Assembly (NCBI GenBank): GCA_051744365.1 | Contig: JBNJCX010000005.1 | Span: 2,217-66,216, forward strand | Source: Bacillota bacterium | Lineage (GTDB): Bacteria; Bacillota; Clostridia; Tissierellales; Tissierellaceae | Reading direction: 5' to 3' | DNA: 64,000 nt | Shown: piece after piece, positions 1 through 10,710 of the stretch | Layout of the letters: each line of letters opens with the position of its first letter | Numbering within the stretch: position 1 is the stretch's first letter | The notes under the pieces: model-generated | Told to the model about the DNA's origin: nothing | Database searches by the model: none | What the model saw: the letters and a program-made list of their open reading frames with translations, nothing else | Made by a program: the position numbers and the translations under genes

Positions 1-1
1 A

Positions 2-145
2 GAGGATGAAACTCTACTTACAATGGACGATTTATCAAACGTATACAATGAGGTAGTAAAAATAGTATCAAGGAACGGAATGAGACTATATAAGGATGCC
101 TACTGGAATGGATTGAATGACAGGGTCCTTAAGAGATATCGATAG
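2..145 (+). CDS. 3' end of an unidentified CDS entering from upstream (partial)
   Basis: Frame 2 is open from the window edge to TAG 143-145 (...YKDAYWNGLNDRVLKRYR*). A hairpin/T-run terminator follows. Product not recognised. Confidence 0.35.
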   Translation, partial: EDETLLTMDDLSNVYNEVVKIVSRNGMRLYKDAYWNGLNDRVLKRYR

Positions 146-176
146 GGCAATTATAAAATTATGAATACGTGGATTA

Positions 177-208
177 CCCTCTGACGAATAAATCAGTCAG
201 AGGGTTTT
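177..208 (+). terminator. Rho-independent terminator
   Basis: ccctctgac (177-185) pairs with gtcagaggg (196-204), followed by tttt. Confidence 0.7.
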
Positions 209-281
209 AAATTCTGGTTCTTATTTTTGTGGCAAGTATGGTACAATAGATGAAGGATTAACACATGAGAAGAGGTGCATT

Positions 282-776
282 ATGGTGATTTTGGGAGTTG
301 ACCCTGGTATAGCCACAGTAGGCTATGGGGTTTTAGAATGTATTGGAAATAAATTCAGGGTAATTGACTATGGAGCCATAATAACACCTTCTGGAGATCT
401 TTTTCCCGACAGACTGAGAGCCGTATACGATCAGCTAAATGACATTATCATAAAATTCAGGCCCGATGAGCTTGCAATAGAAGAGTTGTTCTTCAACAAG
501 AATGTTAAGACTGCAATTATGGTTGGGCATGCCAGAGGTGTTGAAATACTGGCAGCTGTAAATCATAATCTTGATGTTTATGAGTATACCCCATTGCAGG
601 TAAAACAGGCCGTGGTGGGATATGGAAGGGCTGAAAAAAGGCAAGTGCAGGAAATGGTAAAGATACTTCTGAACCTGGATAAAATTCCAAAACCAGACGA
701 TGCTGCAGATGCACTGGCTGTAGCAATATGTCACGGAAGCTCCCTGAAATTCAAGGAATCATTTAAAATGAGATAA
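282..776 (+). CDS. ruvC: Holliday junction resolvase RuvC
   Basis: N-terminus [19 protein letters not shown] is typical of RuvC. An SD (gaggtg) lies upstream and ruvA/ruvB follow. Confidence 0.95.
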   Translation: MVILGVDPGIATVGYGVLECIGNKFRVIDYGAIITPSGDLFPDRLRAVYDQLNDIIIKFRPDELAIEELFFNKNVKTAIMVGHARGVEILAAVNHNLDVYEYTPLQVKQAVVGYGRAEKRQVQEMVKILLNLDKIPKPDDAADALAVAICHGSSLKFKESFKMR

Positions 777-790
777 GTGGGTGAAAATTT

Positions 791-1375
791 ATGATAGATT
801 ACATAATAGGTAAAATCAGCCATGTTGGAGAAGACTATTTCCTTTTGGAGAATCACGGTATGGGCTATAAAATAAACACTTCGACAAATACACTGGTTCA
901 ACTGTTGATGGGCGATGAGAGACAGCATATATTTACTGATATGATTGTACGGGAGGATTCAATAAGCTTATATGGGTTTATAAGTGAAGATGAAATAAAA
1001 ATGTTCAAGCTGCTGCTAACGGTTTCCAAAATTGGACCTAAAGTAGCCTGTGGAATTCTTTCCGCATTGAAACCTTCACAGATTCAAAAGGCTATTATGT
1101 TTAAGGATGTAAGTACTTTGTGCAAAGGCCCTGGTGTGGGTAAAAAGACTGCTGAAAGGATAGTGCTTGAGCTGAAAGACAAGGTCAAAGGTGGATTTGA
1201 GGATGATGGCTTCTTTGATGATGAAATAATCCCCCTTGACAATGAAGCGGTCGAAGCTCTTATTGCATTGGGTTACAGCAGATTTGAAGCTCAGAAGGTG
1301 TTCCAGGGGACTGATCTATCGGGAATGGGTGTAGAGGATATGATAAAATTAGGATTGAGAAGGCTTTCAAGGTAA
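791..1375 (+). CDS. ruvA: Holliday junction DNA helicase subunit RuvA
   Basis: MIDYIIGKI... N-terminus and the HhH region (GPGVGKKTAERIVLELKDK). Sits between ruvC and ruvB. Confidence 0.95.
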   Translation: MIDYIIGKISHVGEDYFLLENHGMGYKINTSTNTLVQLLMGDERQHIFTDMIVREDSISLYGFISEDEIKMFKLLLTVSKIGPKVACGILSALKPSQIQKAIMFKDVSTLCKGPGVGKKTAERIVLELKDKVKGGFEDDGFFDDEIIPLDNEAVEALIALGYSRFEAQKVFQGTDLSGMGVEDMIKLGLRRLSR

Positions 1376-1461
1376 GGCTTGGATGTTCGTCTTGCTTTGC
1401 ATAATCGTAGAATGTTGTTATAAAAGGCTTCATTAAAATCTTGTTATAAGGAGATTAAATA

Positions 1462-2475
1462 ATGGATGAAGAAAGAGACAGAATATTAGCAAGACATATG
1501 CATATGGACGATGTGGAAAATGAAGCAACCCTAAGGCCTAAGTGGCTTGATGAATACATTGGGCAGGATAAGGCAAAGGAAAAGCTTGATATTTTTATCA
1601 AGGCTGCGAGGGGTAGGAGTGAGTCTCTTGATCATGTACTGTTATATGGTCCACCTGGGCTTGGGAAAACCACGCTTGCAAATATTATTGCAAATGAGAT
1701 GGGAGTAAATATAAGGGTGACGTCAGGACCTGCAATAGAAAGAGCTGGAGATTTGGCGAGTATTTTGACCAATCTTTCTGATGATGATGTGCTGTTTATA
1801 GATGAGATACACAGAATCAACAGAACCGTAGAGGAGGTATTATATCCTGCAATGGAAGACTTTGCCCTTGATATTATTATTGGTAAAGGGCCTTCAGCAA
1901 GGTCTGTTAGGCTTGACCTTTCGAAGTTCACCCTAATAGGTGCAACAACAAGAGCAGGACTACTGACATCGCCTCTACGTGATAGATTCGGAGTAATGCT
2001 GAATCTGGATTTATATAATCCTGAAAATCTTATGGAGATAGTCACCAGATCAGCAAGGATACTTGATATTGAAATTGATCCTATGGGCGCATATGAAATA
2101 GCAAAAAGATCAAGGGGAACTCCCAGGATAGCCAACAGACTGTTAAAAAGGGTCAGGGACTATGCACAGGTCATTGAGAACGGTGTAATAACAGAAGACA
2201 TAGCCAAAAAAGGCCTAAAGGTTCTTGAGGTAGACCAACTTGGTCTGGATGCAGTGGATAGAAAACTGATTCTTACATTGATAAATAATTTTAAAGGCGG
2301 ACCGGTCGGAGTGGATACTCTGGCGGCAGCTACAGGAGAAGAAAGAGTTACAATTGAGGATGTATACGAGCCTTTTCTTCTTCAGATGGGATTTCTGAAC
2401 AGAACTCCAAGAGGTAGAATGGTTTCTGAGAAGGCTTATAGACACTTTAACATACCTCTTCCAACAGAGGAATAA
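1462..2475 (+). CDS. ruvB: Holliday junction DNA helicase RuvB
   Basis: Walker [20 protein letters not shown], and the [10 protein letters not shown] motif. Confidence 0.97.
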   Translation: MDEERDRILARHMHMDDVENEATLRPKWLDEYIGQDKAKEKLDIFIKAARGRSESLDHVLLYGPPGLGKTTLANIIANEMGVNIRVTSGPAIERAGDLASILTNLSDDDVLFIDEIHRINRTVEEVLYPAMEDFALDIIIGKGPSARSVRLDLSKFTLIGATTRAGLLTSPLRDRFGVMLNLDLYNPENLMEIVTRSARILDIEIDPMGAYEIAKRSRGTPRIANRLLKRVRDYAQVIENGVITEDIAKKGLKVLEVDQLGLDAVDRKLILTLINNFKGGPVGVDTLAAATGEERVTIEDVYEPFLLQMGFLNRTPRGRMVSEKAYRHFNIPLPTEE

Positions 2476-2499
2476 TCTAACAATAGGCTGGTGAATTTA

Positions 2500-3879
2500 A
2501 TGAAGAGGATTTTTATTTTTTTTATAGCTTTAATAATTGCTGTTTTCCCGGTTGCTTCACATGGAAGGGAAAGCATTGAAGTCGATTATATAGACGTAAG
2601 AATCGGTAAAACATATTCATCTCTGGAACGTGTCAAGCTAACTTCAGAGGATGGTTATATTCTATTCCAGAAAAATGACAAGGATGAGGAACTTTTGTTA
2701 ATTCCAGCGGACACCCTTTATATCAGCCTTTCTCTGGGAAGATATGATGAAATTGATGTGTATGATGAATCAAATACATATGTAACCACGTTGCCTGCTA
2801 ACGGGTCAGTTCTGTTTGGTGGCGAGGAGTATGATGGTAATATAATTGATGTAAACGGAAAGGGTTACAGAGGATATATTTCATTCCTTGGAAGCAGAAA
2901 CGGACTTAGTGTGATAAATCATATAGATATTGAAAGCTACCTCTATGGCGTTGTTCCAAAAGAAATCCCTGCAATGAGCGGACATGAAGCATTGAAGGCG
3001 CAGTCTATTGCAGCGAGAGGCTATACGTATTCGACCTTGATGAGGCATGCAAATGAGGGCTACAATGTATGCGATACCACTCATTGTCAGGCATACGGCG
3101 GATATGAATCGGAGCATTACAACACAAGCCTTGCAGTCGATGATACAAGAGGACTGGTAGCATCCTATGATGGAGTAGTTGCCAATACTGTATTCCACTC
3201 TTCATCAGGAGGTCATACTGAAAGCAGTGAAAATGTCTGGGGAGGAAAGGTTCCATATCTGGTAGGTATAGAAGATAGTTTCTCCTTGAATACTGTCAAC
3301 AGCAATTGGACAGTTCAGACAGATGTGAATGAGCTAAACAATAAACTTCTGGCAGGCGGAATAGACGTTGGAGAAATTGAAAATATTGAAATCGCAGAAA
3401 AGTCAGATTCAGGAAGAGTCGTTCAGATGGTTTTCATCGGGTCCAGTGGAGATGTGGCAATAACAGGTGACAGGTTCAGAAGTATTCTTGGATCCACCAA
3501 TATAAAGAGTACACTTTTCAATATTGAAGGCTCATCAGATCAAAATGACAGTGACGATGTAGTGATATATGCAACCACAGACAGTAGAATACAGAGATTG
3601 GATATTGACAGGGTTGATATTAGTATCATATCAGGAGATGGAAGAATCAGAAGTTATAGAAGCGATAGTCTAAGTGTAATCGGTAATGGTGGAATTATTG
3701 CATACAGTTCTCCTGAAACCATTGACATTTCACGAGGTGGTATTGTAATATCTGGAAGGGGTTACGGACATGGTATAGGCATGAGTCAGTACGGAGCCAT
3801 TGAAATGGCAAAGCTTGGCTATGACTTTGAAGAAATCCTGAAATATTATTACACTGGAATAGAAATTACCAAATACTAA
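2500..3879 (+). CDS. spoIID: SpoIID/LytB-domain protein (stage II sporulation protein D-like)
   Basis: Signal peptide [22 protein letters not shown] and SpoIID-type motifs [16 protein letters not shown] and [18 protein letters not shown]. The start could also be GTG 2491. Confidence 0.85.
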   Translation: MKRIFIFFIALIIAVFPVASHGRESIEVDYIDVRIGKTYSSLERVKLTSEDGYILFQKNDKDEELLLIPADTLYISLSLGRYDEIDVYDESNTYVTTLPANGSVLFGGEEYDGNIIDVNGKGYRGYISFLGSRNGLSVINHIDIESYLYGVVPKEIPAMSGHEALKAQSIAARGYTYSTLMRHANEGYNVCDTTHCQAYGGYESEHYNTSLAVDDTRGLVASYDGVVANTVFHSSSGGHTESSENVWGGKVPYLVGIEDSFSLNTVNSNWTVQTDVNELNNKLLAGGIDVGEIENIEIAEKSDSGRVVQMVFIGSSGDVAITGDRFRSILGSTNIKSTLFNIEGSSDQNDSDDVVIYATTDSRIQRLDIDRVDISIISGDGRIRSYRSDSLSVIGNGGIIAYSSPETIDISRGGIVISGRGYGHGIGMSQYGAIEMAKLGYDFEEILKYYYTGIEITKY

Positions 3880-3895
3880 ATTAAGGAAGTTGTAT

Positions 3896-4921
3896 ATGAA
3901 AACAAGTGAATTTTATTATAATCTACCAGAGGAGCTTATAGCACAGCATCCCCTGGAAAACAGGACCAGTTCAAGACTTTTAGTTTTGGACCGCGAGAAT
4001 AAAAAGATAGATCATGGTAGTTTTGTGGATATTCTTGACCATATTCAGCCTGGGGACGGGATTGTGCTCAATGATTCCAGAGTGCTTCCTGCAAGGCTAT
4101 TCGGGAACAGACCAGGCAAAGAGGAGAAGCTTGAGGTACTTTTATTGAAAAGGGCTGAAAAAGATGTCTGGGAATGTCTGGTAAGACCTGGAAAGAAAAT
4201 GAAGGCAGGCGGTAGAATAGAATTTGGGGGGGGAATCCTCAAAGGCACCGTCTTAAGAATTGGTGAGGATGGAACAAGATTTATAGATTTCAAACATGGA
4301 GGGATTTTTGAGGAAATCCTGGACCAGCTTGGAGAAATGCCCTTACCCCCATATATTACTGAGAAGCTGGAGGATGGAGAGAGATATCAGACTGTGTATT
4401 CCAAAAATCCAGGCTCAGCAGCAGCCCCTACGGCAGGTCTGCACTTTGATAATGAGCTCTTGGGTGAGATTCGCAATAAGGGAGCTGAAATCGTGTATTT
4501 GACCCTCCACGTAGGACTTGGTACATTCAGGCCAGTAAAGGTTGAAGATATAAATGATCACATAATGCACTCTGAGTTCTATCAAATCAATGAAGAGGCA
4601 GCAGAAGCAATAAACAGGATAAAATCTTCAGGCAAAAGGATTATATCTGTTGGAACTACTTCAACGAGGACTCTTGAGACCATTGCAGATGATAATGGTT
4701 ATGTAAGAGCTGGGTCAGGCTGGACTGACATATTTATTTATCCAGGCTACAGATTCAAGCTTGTGGATAGTCTGATTACCAATTTCCATTTGCCTGAATC
4801 TACCCTTATGATGCTTGTAAGTGCCTTTGCTTCCAAAGATTTCGTTATGGAAGCCTATCAGGAGGCGATTGACCAAAAGTACAGATTCTTCAGCTTCGGA
4901 GATTCAATGTTTATAAAGTAA
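3896..4921 (+). CDS. queA: S-adenosylmethionine:tRNA ribosyltransferase-isomerase
   Basis: [19 protein letters not shown]-terminus. ATG 3896 follows aaggaag; the track start, TTG 3890, has no SD spacing. Confidence 0.95.
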   Translation: MKTSEFYYNLPEELIAQHPLENRTSSRLLVLDRENKKIDHGSFVDILDHIQPGDGIVLNDSRVLPARLFGNRPGKEEKLEVLLLKRAEKDVWECLVRPGKKMKAGGRIEFGGGILKGTVLRIGEDGTRFIDFKHGGIFEEILDQLGEMPLPPYITEKLEDGERYQTVYSKNPGSAAAPTAGLHFDNELLGEIRNKGAEIVYLTLHVGLGTFRPVKVEDINDHIMHSEFYQINEEAAEAINRIKSSGKRIISVGTTSTRTLETIADDNGYVRAGSGWTDIFIYPGYRFKLVDSLITNFHLPESTLMMLVSAFASKDFVMEAYQEAIDQKYRFFSFGDSMFIK

Positions 4922-4934
4922 CCGGGAGGTATAA

Positions 4935-6047
<1,113 letters not shown>

Positions 6048-6116
6048 TTAGATTAATTGGTGATTTTTGCGCCATTTGATGTATAATATTAGATAAAGAA
6101 AAGGAGTGATATTTTA

Positions 6117-6416
6117 ATGGAGCAACTTCAAGCGTTTATTCTTCCAATTGGACTTTTGGTAATATTTTATGTATTTGCCATTAGACCGCAGAAGAAAAAG
6201 GAAAAGGAAATCAAGGAAATGAGAAGCAGCCTTAGGGTAGGAGACGAGGTAGTAACAATCGGCGGCGTTTATGGAAAGATAGTAAAGGCCAAGGATGACG
6301 TACTTACTTTAGAGGTAGGTTCAGCAAAGACAAAGCTTGATGTAACAAGATGGGCTGTTGGTTCTGTTATTAACAGCAGCGGAAGAAACAACAGGACTGA
6401 TGAAGCAGCTGAATAA
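6117..6416 (+). CDS. yajC: Preprotein translocase subunit YajC
   Basis: Single TM segment followed by IRPQKKKEKE...LRVGDEVVTIGGVYGKIV, the YajC signature. Conserved position after tgt. Confidence 0.9.
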   Translation: MEQLQAFILPIGLLVIFYVFAIRPQKKKEKEIKEMRSSLRVGDEVVTIGGVYGKIVKAKDDVLTLEVGSAKTKLDVTRWAVGSVINSSGRNNRTDEAAE

Positions 6417-6426
6417 TTAAGAATTA

Positions 6427-6455
6427 AACTTCCTGTAATGGGAAGTTTTTCTTTT
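6427..6455 (+). terminator. Rho-independent terminator after yajC
   Basis: aacttcc (6427-6433) pairs with ggaagtt (6441-6447), followed by a T-run. Confidence 0.7.
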
Positions 6456-6458
6456 GGG

Positions 6459-6486
6459 TTGGAATACTTAAAAATTACTTTATAAT
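6459..6486 (+). promoter_or_regulatory. Candidate sigma-A promoter for scfA
   Basis: TTGGAA (6459-6464), a 16-nt spacer, then TATAAT (6481-6486). A second extended -10 (tgatataat) lies about 20 nt downstream. Confidence 0.45.
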
Positions 6487-6548
6487 GCTTTTTACATATG
6501 ATATAATCAATCCATTAAAACCTGTTGACCAGGGATAGGAGGAAGGAA

Positions 6549-6689
6549 ATGAAATACATAAAGACATTGACAAAGAGCAGACTTAAGGATACTCTTTCCT
6601 ATGCCGGTTGTGGTGAGTGTCAGACATCTTGCCAATCAGCATGTAAGACATCCTGTACTGTTGGAAATCAGAAGTGCGAAAATAAGTAG
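6549..6689 (+). CDS. scfA: SCIFF six-cysteine ranthipeptide precursor (46 aa; too short for the ORF track)
   Basis: Translates to MKYIKTLTKSRLKDTLSYAGCGECQTSCQSACKTSCTVGNQKCENK. This has six Cys and the GCGECQTSCQSACKTSCTV core characteristic of SCIFF. An SD (aggaggaagg) lies upstream. Confidence 0.93.
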   Translation: MKYIKTLTKSRLKDTLSYAGCGECQTSCQSACKTSCTVGNQKCENK

Positions 6690-6698
6690 CATAATAGA

Positions 6699-6727
6699 GA
6701 GTGGTGGGTTTATCCACTGCTTTTTAT
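6699..6727 (+). terminator. Weak intercistronic hairpin with T-run between scfA and scfB
   Basis: A gagtgg..ccac(t) stem (about 5-7 bp including wobbles) followed by tttttattt. Confidence 0.45.
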
Positions 6728-6754
6728 TTGAGATAAATACGAGGAGGAAATAAG

Positions 6755-8113
6755 TTGAAACAGACCTTGATACATAAGTTTTACTTGAATGAAAAGTATA
6801 TGGCACTTGATGTCAACAGCGGGTCAGTACATGTTGTTGATGAGCTTGCATACGACATCCTGGACTATCATGGAGCCAAAAGCACAGAGGAAATTGTAGC
6901 AGCATTAAAGGACAAGTATGATGAAACCAATATAGTTGAAGCCTGCGGAGAGATAGATTATCTTGTGGAAAACGGAATGCTGTTCTCCGATGCTGAGGAT
7001 ATTGAACACCTTAAATACAATGAAGACAATGTTGTAAAGGCAATGTGTCTGCATGTGGCACATGATTGCAACCTTAAGTGTGATTACTGCTTTGCATCCC
7101 AGGGTAACTTCAAGGGCGAAAGGTCAATGATGAACCTTGAGACTGGAAAGAAAGCACTTTTATATCTTGCACAGAATTCCGGTAATAGGAAAAATCTGGA
7201 GGTTGACTTCTTTGGTGGTGAACCATTGATGAATTTTCAGATTGTAAAGGATCTTGTAGCCTACGGAAGAAGCATTGAAAAGGAATACAAAAAGAATTTC
7301 AGGTTTACTATCACTACCAACGGAGTACTCCTTGATGATGATAAAATTGATTATATAAACGAGAATATGGATAACGTTGTTTTAAGCCTCGATGGCCGAA
7401 AAGAAGTAAATGACGCTATGAGACTTACTGTCAGTGGTGATGGAAGCTATGATGTAATTCTTCCCAATATAAAGAAAATGGTGAAATCAAGAGGTGACAA
7501 GGATTATTACGTCAGGGGAACCTTTACCAGTAAAAATCTTGATTTTGGAAAGGATGCAATAAATTTCCATAATGAAGGCTTTAAAAAAATCTCCATTGAG
7601 CCAGTTGTGGCACCTGAAGAGATGGATTATGCCATTAGGGAAGAGCATATTGATGCAATATTAAAGGAGTATGAAAACTTCTCAAAAGAGTACATCAGGC
7701 TGACTGCTGAGGATAAGGAATTTATGTTCTTTCACTTTATGATTGATCTCGAGCAGGGACCATGCGTGGTAAAGAGAGCCGTGGGCTGTGGAGCAGGAAG
7801 CGAGTATCTGGCTGTAACCCCGGAAGGCGAGCTGTATCCCTGTCACCAGTTTGTGGGTGAGAAGGAATTCCTGTTGGGAACATTGGAGACGGGAGTAGAG
7901 AATACTGAGTTAAGGGACAAGTTTAAGGTTGCCAATGTATATAACAAGGAAGAGTGTAGGAATTGCTGGGCAAGATTCTATTGCAGTGGAGGTTGTCATG
8001 CAAATGCACACTATTCCCATGGTGATATAATGAAGCCCTACGAAATCGGATGTGAGATGGAAAAGAAGCGCATAGAATGCGCACTTTCAGTTCTTGCCAA
8101 TCAAGAGGGTTAG
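6755..8113 (+). CDS. scfB: SCIFF radical SAM/SPASM maturase
   Basis: Radical SAM CNLKCDYC, and SPASM Cys clusters CGAGSEYLAVTPEGELYPCHQF and CRNCWARFYCSGGCHANA. Lies directly downstream of scfA. TTG start 8 nt after AGGAGG. Confidence 0.92.
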   Translation: MKQTLIHKFYLNEKYMALDVNSGSVHVVDELAYDILDYHGAKSTEEIVAALKDKYDETNIVEACGEIDYLVENGMLFSDAEDIEHLKYNEDNVVKAMCLHVAHDCNLKCDYCFASQGNFKGERSMMNLETGKKALLYLAQNSGNRKNLEVDFFGGEPLMNFQIVKDLVAYGRSIEKEYKKNFRFTITTNGVLLDDDKIDYINENMDNVVLSLDGRKEVNDAMRLTVSGDGSYDVILPNIKKMVKSRGDKDYYVRGTFTSKNLDFGKDAINFHNEGFKKISIEPVVAPEEMDYAIREEHIDAILKEYENFSKEYIRLTAEDKEFMFFHFMIDLEQGPCVVKRAVGCGAGSEYLAVTPEGELYPCHQFVGEKEFLLGTLETGVENTELRDKFKVANVYNKEECRNCWARFYCSGGCHANAHYSHGDIMKPYEIGCEMEKKRIECALSVLANQEG

Positions 8114-8123
8114 GAGGAAGAGA

Positions 8124-9389
8124 ATGAAATCGAGAAGTATAGCCATACTGGCAGTTATTGTTGCAATAGTTGCAGGACTTGCATTATCTGCTATAAACGG
8201 AATAAATATCGGAGGAACCCAATACAAGAATGCCAAGGATTCCATACATCTGGGGCTTGACCTTGCTGGTGGGGTATATGTTGTTCTTGAAGCAGATACT
8301 GATGCTACGGGGGAAGAACTCCATAGAATGATGGAAGAAACCAAAGCGATAATAGGACAGCGTGTTGATGGGCTTGGAGTGTCTGAACCTAATATTGCAA
8401 TTGAAAATGAAAACAGGATAAGAATAGAACTGGCAGGATTGAGTGACCCTCAAGAGGCAATTGAGTTGATAGGGAAAACTGCTTTGCTTGAATTCAAGAC
8501 ACCCTCGGGGGAAACTGTTATTACAGGTAGACATATAGCTGATGCAGGTGTAATAATGAATCCCAGGCAGTTTGGCGGAGAAGATCCTGTTGTTAACCTA
8601 GAGTTCAACGAGGAAGGTACTGAGCTTTTCAGAGAAGCCACAGCAGCTCTGGCTGCTGAAGAAAATCAAATGGATAAAATATTGTATATTGTATTGGATG
8701 GCGCTGTTATTTCAAGCCCAATTGTGGATGAGGTTATAAATGACGGAAGGGCAATAATTACGGGGGGATTTACAGTTGAAAGCGCAGGGAACCTTGCCAC
8801 ACTTATCAGAGCAGGTGCTCTGCCGGTTGAAATGATTGAATTGCAGACATCTGTAATAGGTCCTACATTGGGACTGGAGGCATATGAAAGAAGCATTATG
8901 GCTGCTGCTGTCGCACTTTCGCTGATCTTCGCATTTATGATCCTGGTCTATAGGGTCCCTGGTTTTGTAGCTTCAATCGCATTGATTGTGTATGTTTTGA
9001 TTGTAGTGGGGGCAATGGTGGGAATCGGTGTCAAGCTAACACTGCCTGGAATTGCAGGCTTGGTGTTGTCAATTGGAATGGCAGTGGATGCAAATGTGCT
9101 GATATATGAGAGAATTAGGGAAGAAATCCACGAGGGCAAAAGCATTCGTGTATCAATTGATTCCGGATTCAAAAGGGCATTGACTTCAATTCTGGATGCC
9201 AACATAACAACACTTATTGCTGGCGTTGTGCTATATAACTTCGGTACAGGACCAATAAAAGGATTTGGAGTAACCCTAATGATCGGTATAGGAGCATCAA
9301 TGTTGACAGCGATATTCTTTACCAAATATGTTCTGAGATTGATGGCTCACATAACCGGTGGCAAGAATAAGAAGCTCTATGGTGCATAG
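8124..9389 (+). CDS. secD: Protein translocase subunit SecD
   Basis: LGLDLAGGV motif and a C-terminal 6-TM region. ATG 8124 follows taggagga; the longer 8094 start overlaps scfB and has no SD. Confidence 0.93.
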   Translation: MKSRSIAILAVIVAIVAGLALSAINGINIGGTQYKNAKDSIHLGLDLAGGVYVVLEADTDATGEELHRMMEETKAIIGQRVDGLGVSEPNIAIENENRIRIELAGLSDPQEAIELIGKTALLEFKTPSGETVITGRHIADAGVIMNPRQFGGEDPVVNLEFNEEGTELFREATAALAAEENQMDKILYIVLDGAVISSPIVDEVINDGRAIITGGFTVESAGNLATLIRAGALPVEMIELQTSVIGPTLGLEAYERSIMAAAVALSLIFAFMILVYRVPGFVASIALIVYVLIVVGAMVGIGVKLTLPGIAGLVLSIGMAVDANVLIYERIREEIHEGKSIRVSIDSGFKRALTSILDANITTLIAGVVLYNFGTGPIKGFGVTLMIGIGASMLTAIFFTKYVLRLMAHITGGKNKKLYGA

Positions 9390-9399
9390 GAGGATGAAA

Positions 9400-10257
9400 A
9401 TGAACATAATAAAAAATAAAAAATACTCATATATGATCTCCCTGGTCATAATCCTCACTGGTCTGGTTATGTTTTTTGTCAATGGTTTGAATTACGGGAT
9501 AGATTTTACCGGTGGAACAATGGTGCAGCTTAACATCGGCTCATTTGTAACGGTTGAAGATGCCAGAAATATTATGGATAAATTTGATGATGATGCCAGC
9601 ATTATCCATGCAGGACCGGAAAAGCACGAACTTTTCATCAGGAGCTCCCTTGACCTTGGGAATAATGAGATAAATCAGATTGTGGATGAATTCGTTGAAG
9701 AATTTAATATGGACCCAGAAAATTACCAGGCACAGAAATTTGGGGCTTTTATGGGCAAGGAGATCAGAAACAGGGCTATCATATCCGTAGGCGTAGCAGC
9801 ATTGCTGATGCTTGGATATATCAGTTTCAGATTCCAGTTCAAATTCGGAGTGGCTGCAATAGTGGCGCTAATACATGACATACTAATAGCATTGGCTATA
9901 TATGCTATTCTAAGACTTCCCGTCAACAGCTCATTTATTGCTGCCATGCTTACAATAGTTGGTTATTCAATAAATGACACTATAGTTATATTTGACAGAA
10001 TTAGGGAGGAACTTAAATTCAACGATAAAAAGTCCCTTGAAGAAATCATAGAGGGAAGTGTAAAATTGTCACTAAGGAGAACCATAAATACGACCATTAC
10101 AACTGTAATAGCAGTTGGTTCCCTGTATATTTTGGGTGTTGAGGATGTTAAGGTTTTGGCCTTGCCACTTCTTTTAGGCATGCTTTCCGGAACTTATTCA
10201 TCACTGTTTATAGCTACTCCTGTATGGTTTAGCCTAAAAAAGGGTAAAACTATATAA
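9400..10257 (+). CDS. secF: Protein translocase subunit SecF
   Basis: GIDFTGGT motif and a TM-rich C-terminus. ATG 9400 lies 6 nt after AGGAGG (9388-9393). Confidence 0.93.
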   Translation: MNIIKNKKYSYMISLVIILTGLVMFFVNGLNYGIDFTGGTMVQLNIGSFVTVEDARNIMDKFDDDASIIHAGPEKHELFIRSSLDLGNNEINQIVDEFVEEFNMDPENYQAQKFGAFMGKEIRNRAIISVGVAALLMLGYISFRFQFKFGVAAIVALIHDILIALAIYAILRLPVNSSFIAAMLTIVGYSINDTIVIFDRIREELKFNDKKSLEEIIEGSVKLSLRRTINTTITTVIAVGSLYILGVEDVKVLALPLLLGMLSGTYSSLFIATPVWFSLKKGKTI

Positions 10258-10280
10258 AGATTAATTGGGGAGGGAATAGT

Positions 10281-10643
10281 ATGCAAAAGAGTTTCATATT
10301 TATTTTAGTTCTGGCAATTATAATAGGAGTTTTTGCATTAAGCAACAGTGACGTAGTGGAAATAGACTTTGTTTTTACAAGGGTGATGCTGTCACAGGCT
10401 ATAGTGATATTTATTTCTGTCTTGCTAGGAGCAGCAGTTGCAACATCCTTCGGCGTAATTAGGGAAATGAATCTCAAGAAACAGATCAAGGATCAAAGAA
10501 ATGCTCTCGAGACGCTTAAATCTGAGAATCAGACTCTTGTTGGAAGAGTGGAAGAAAAGGAAAAACAGTTGAAACTTCTCTATGGAAGAAATGAGGAATC
10601 GCCATCTGAGACAACGGATGACAATGATTTATCTGGATATTAA
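10281..10643 (+). CDS. LapA-domain (DUF1049-like) small membrane protein with coiled-coil tail
   Basis: Two TM helices (FIFILVLAIIIGVFAL and AIVIFISVLLGAAVA) followed by a charged coiled coil. SD is ggggaggg. Confidence 0.6.
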   Translation: MQKSFIFILVLAIIIGVFALSNSDVVEIDFVFTRVMLSQAIVIFISVLLGAAVATSFGVIREMNLKKQIKDQRNALETLKSENQTLVGRVEEKEKQLKLLYGRNEESPSETTDDNDLSGY

Positions 10644-10655
10644 GATTATAAAGTG

Positions 10656-10694
10656 GTAGAATTTAGATAATATTATCTAAATTCTACTATTTTT
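10656..10694 (+). terminator. Rho-independent terminator
   Basis: Long perfect palindrome gtagaatttagat..atctaaattctac followed by tattttt. Confidence 0.8.
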
Positions 10695-10710
10695 AATTGG
10701 AGTGATTTTT

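Noticed and set aside
4226-4233. G8 homopolymer inside queA (and G7 at 17650-17656 in aspS), considered as slipped-strand phase-variation tracts
   Set aside because: Both encode in-frame Gly-Gly-Gly in essential or housekeeping genes. Nothing suggests a switchable frame, so they are probably just rare runs.
8094-8123. 5' extensions of tracked ORFs (secD 8094, secF 9358, DUF512 22059, rluD 33072, rqcH 36369, rsmB 44459, prkC 47680, rpe 50549, acpP 63387, yceD 61571)
   Set aside because: The extensions overlap the preceding gene or terminator and lack an SD. Internal ATG/TTG codons sit at proper spacing from AGGAGG-type sites and give family-typical N-termini.
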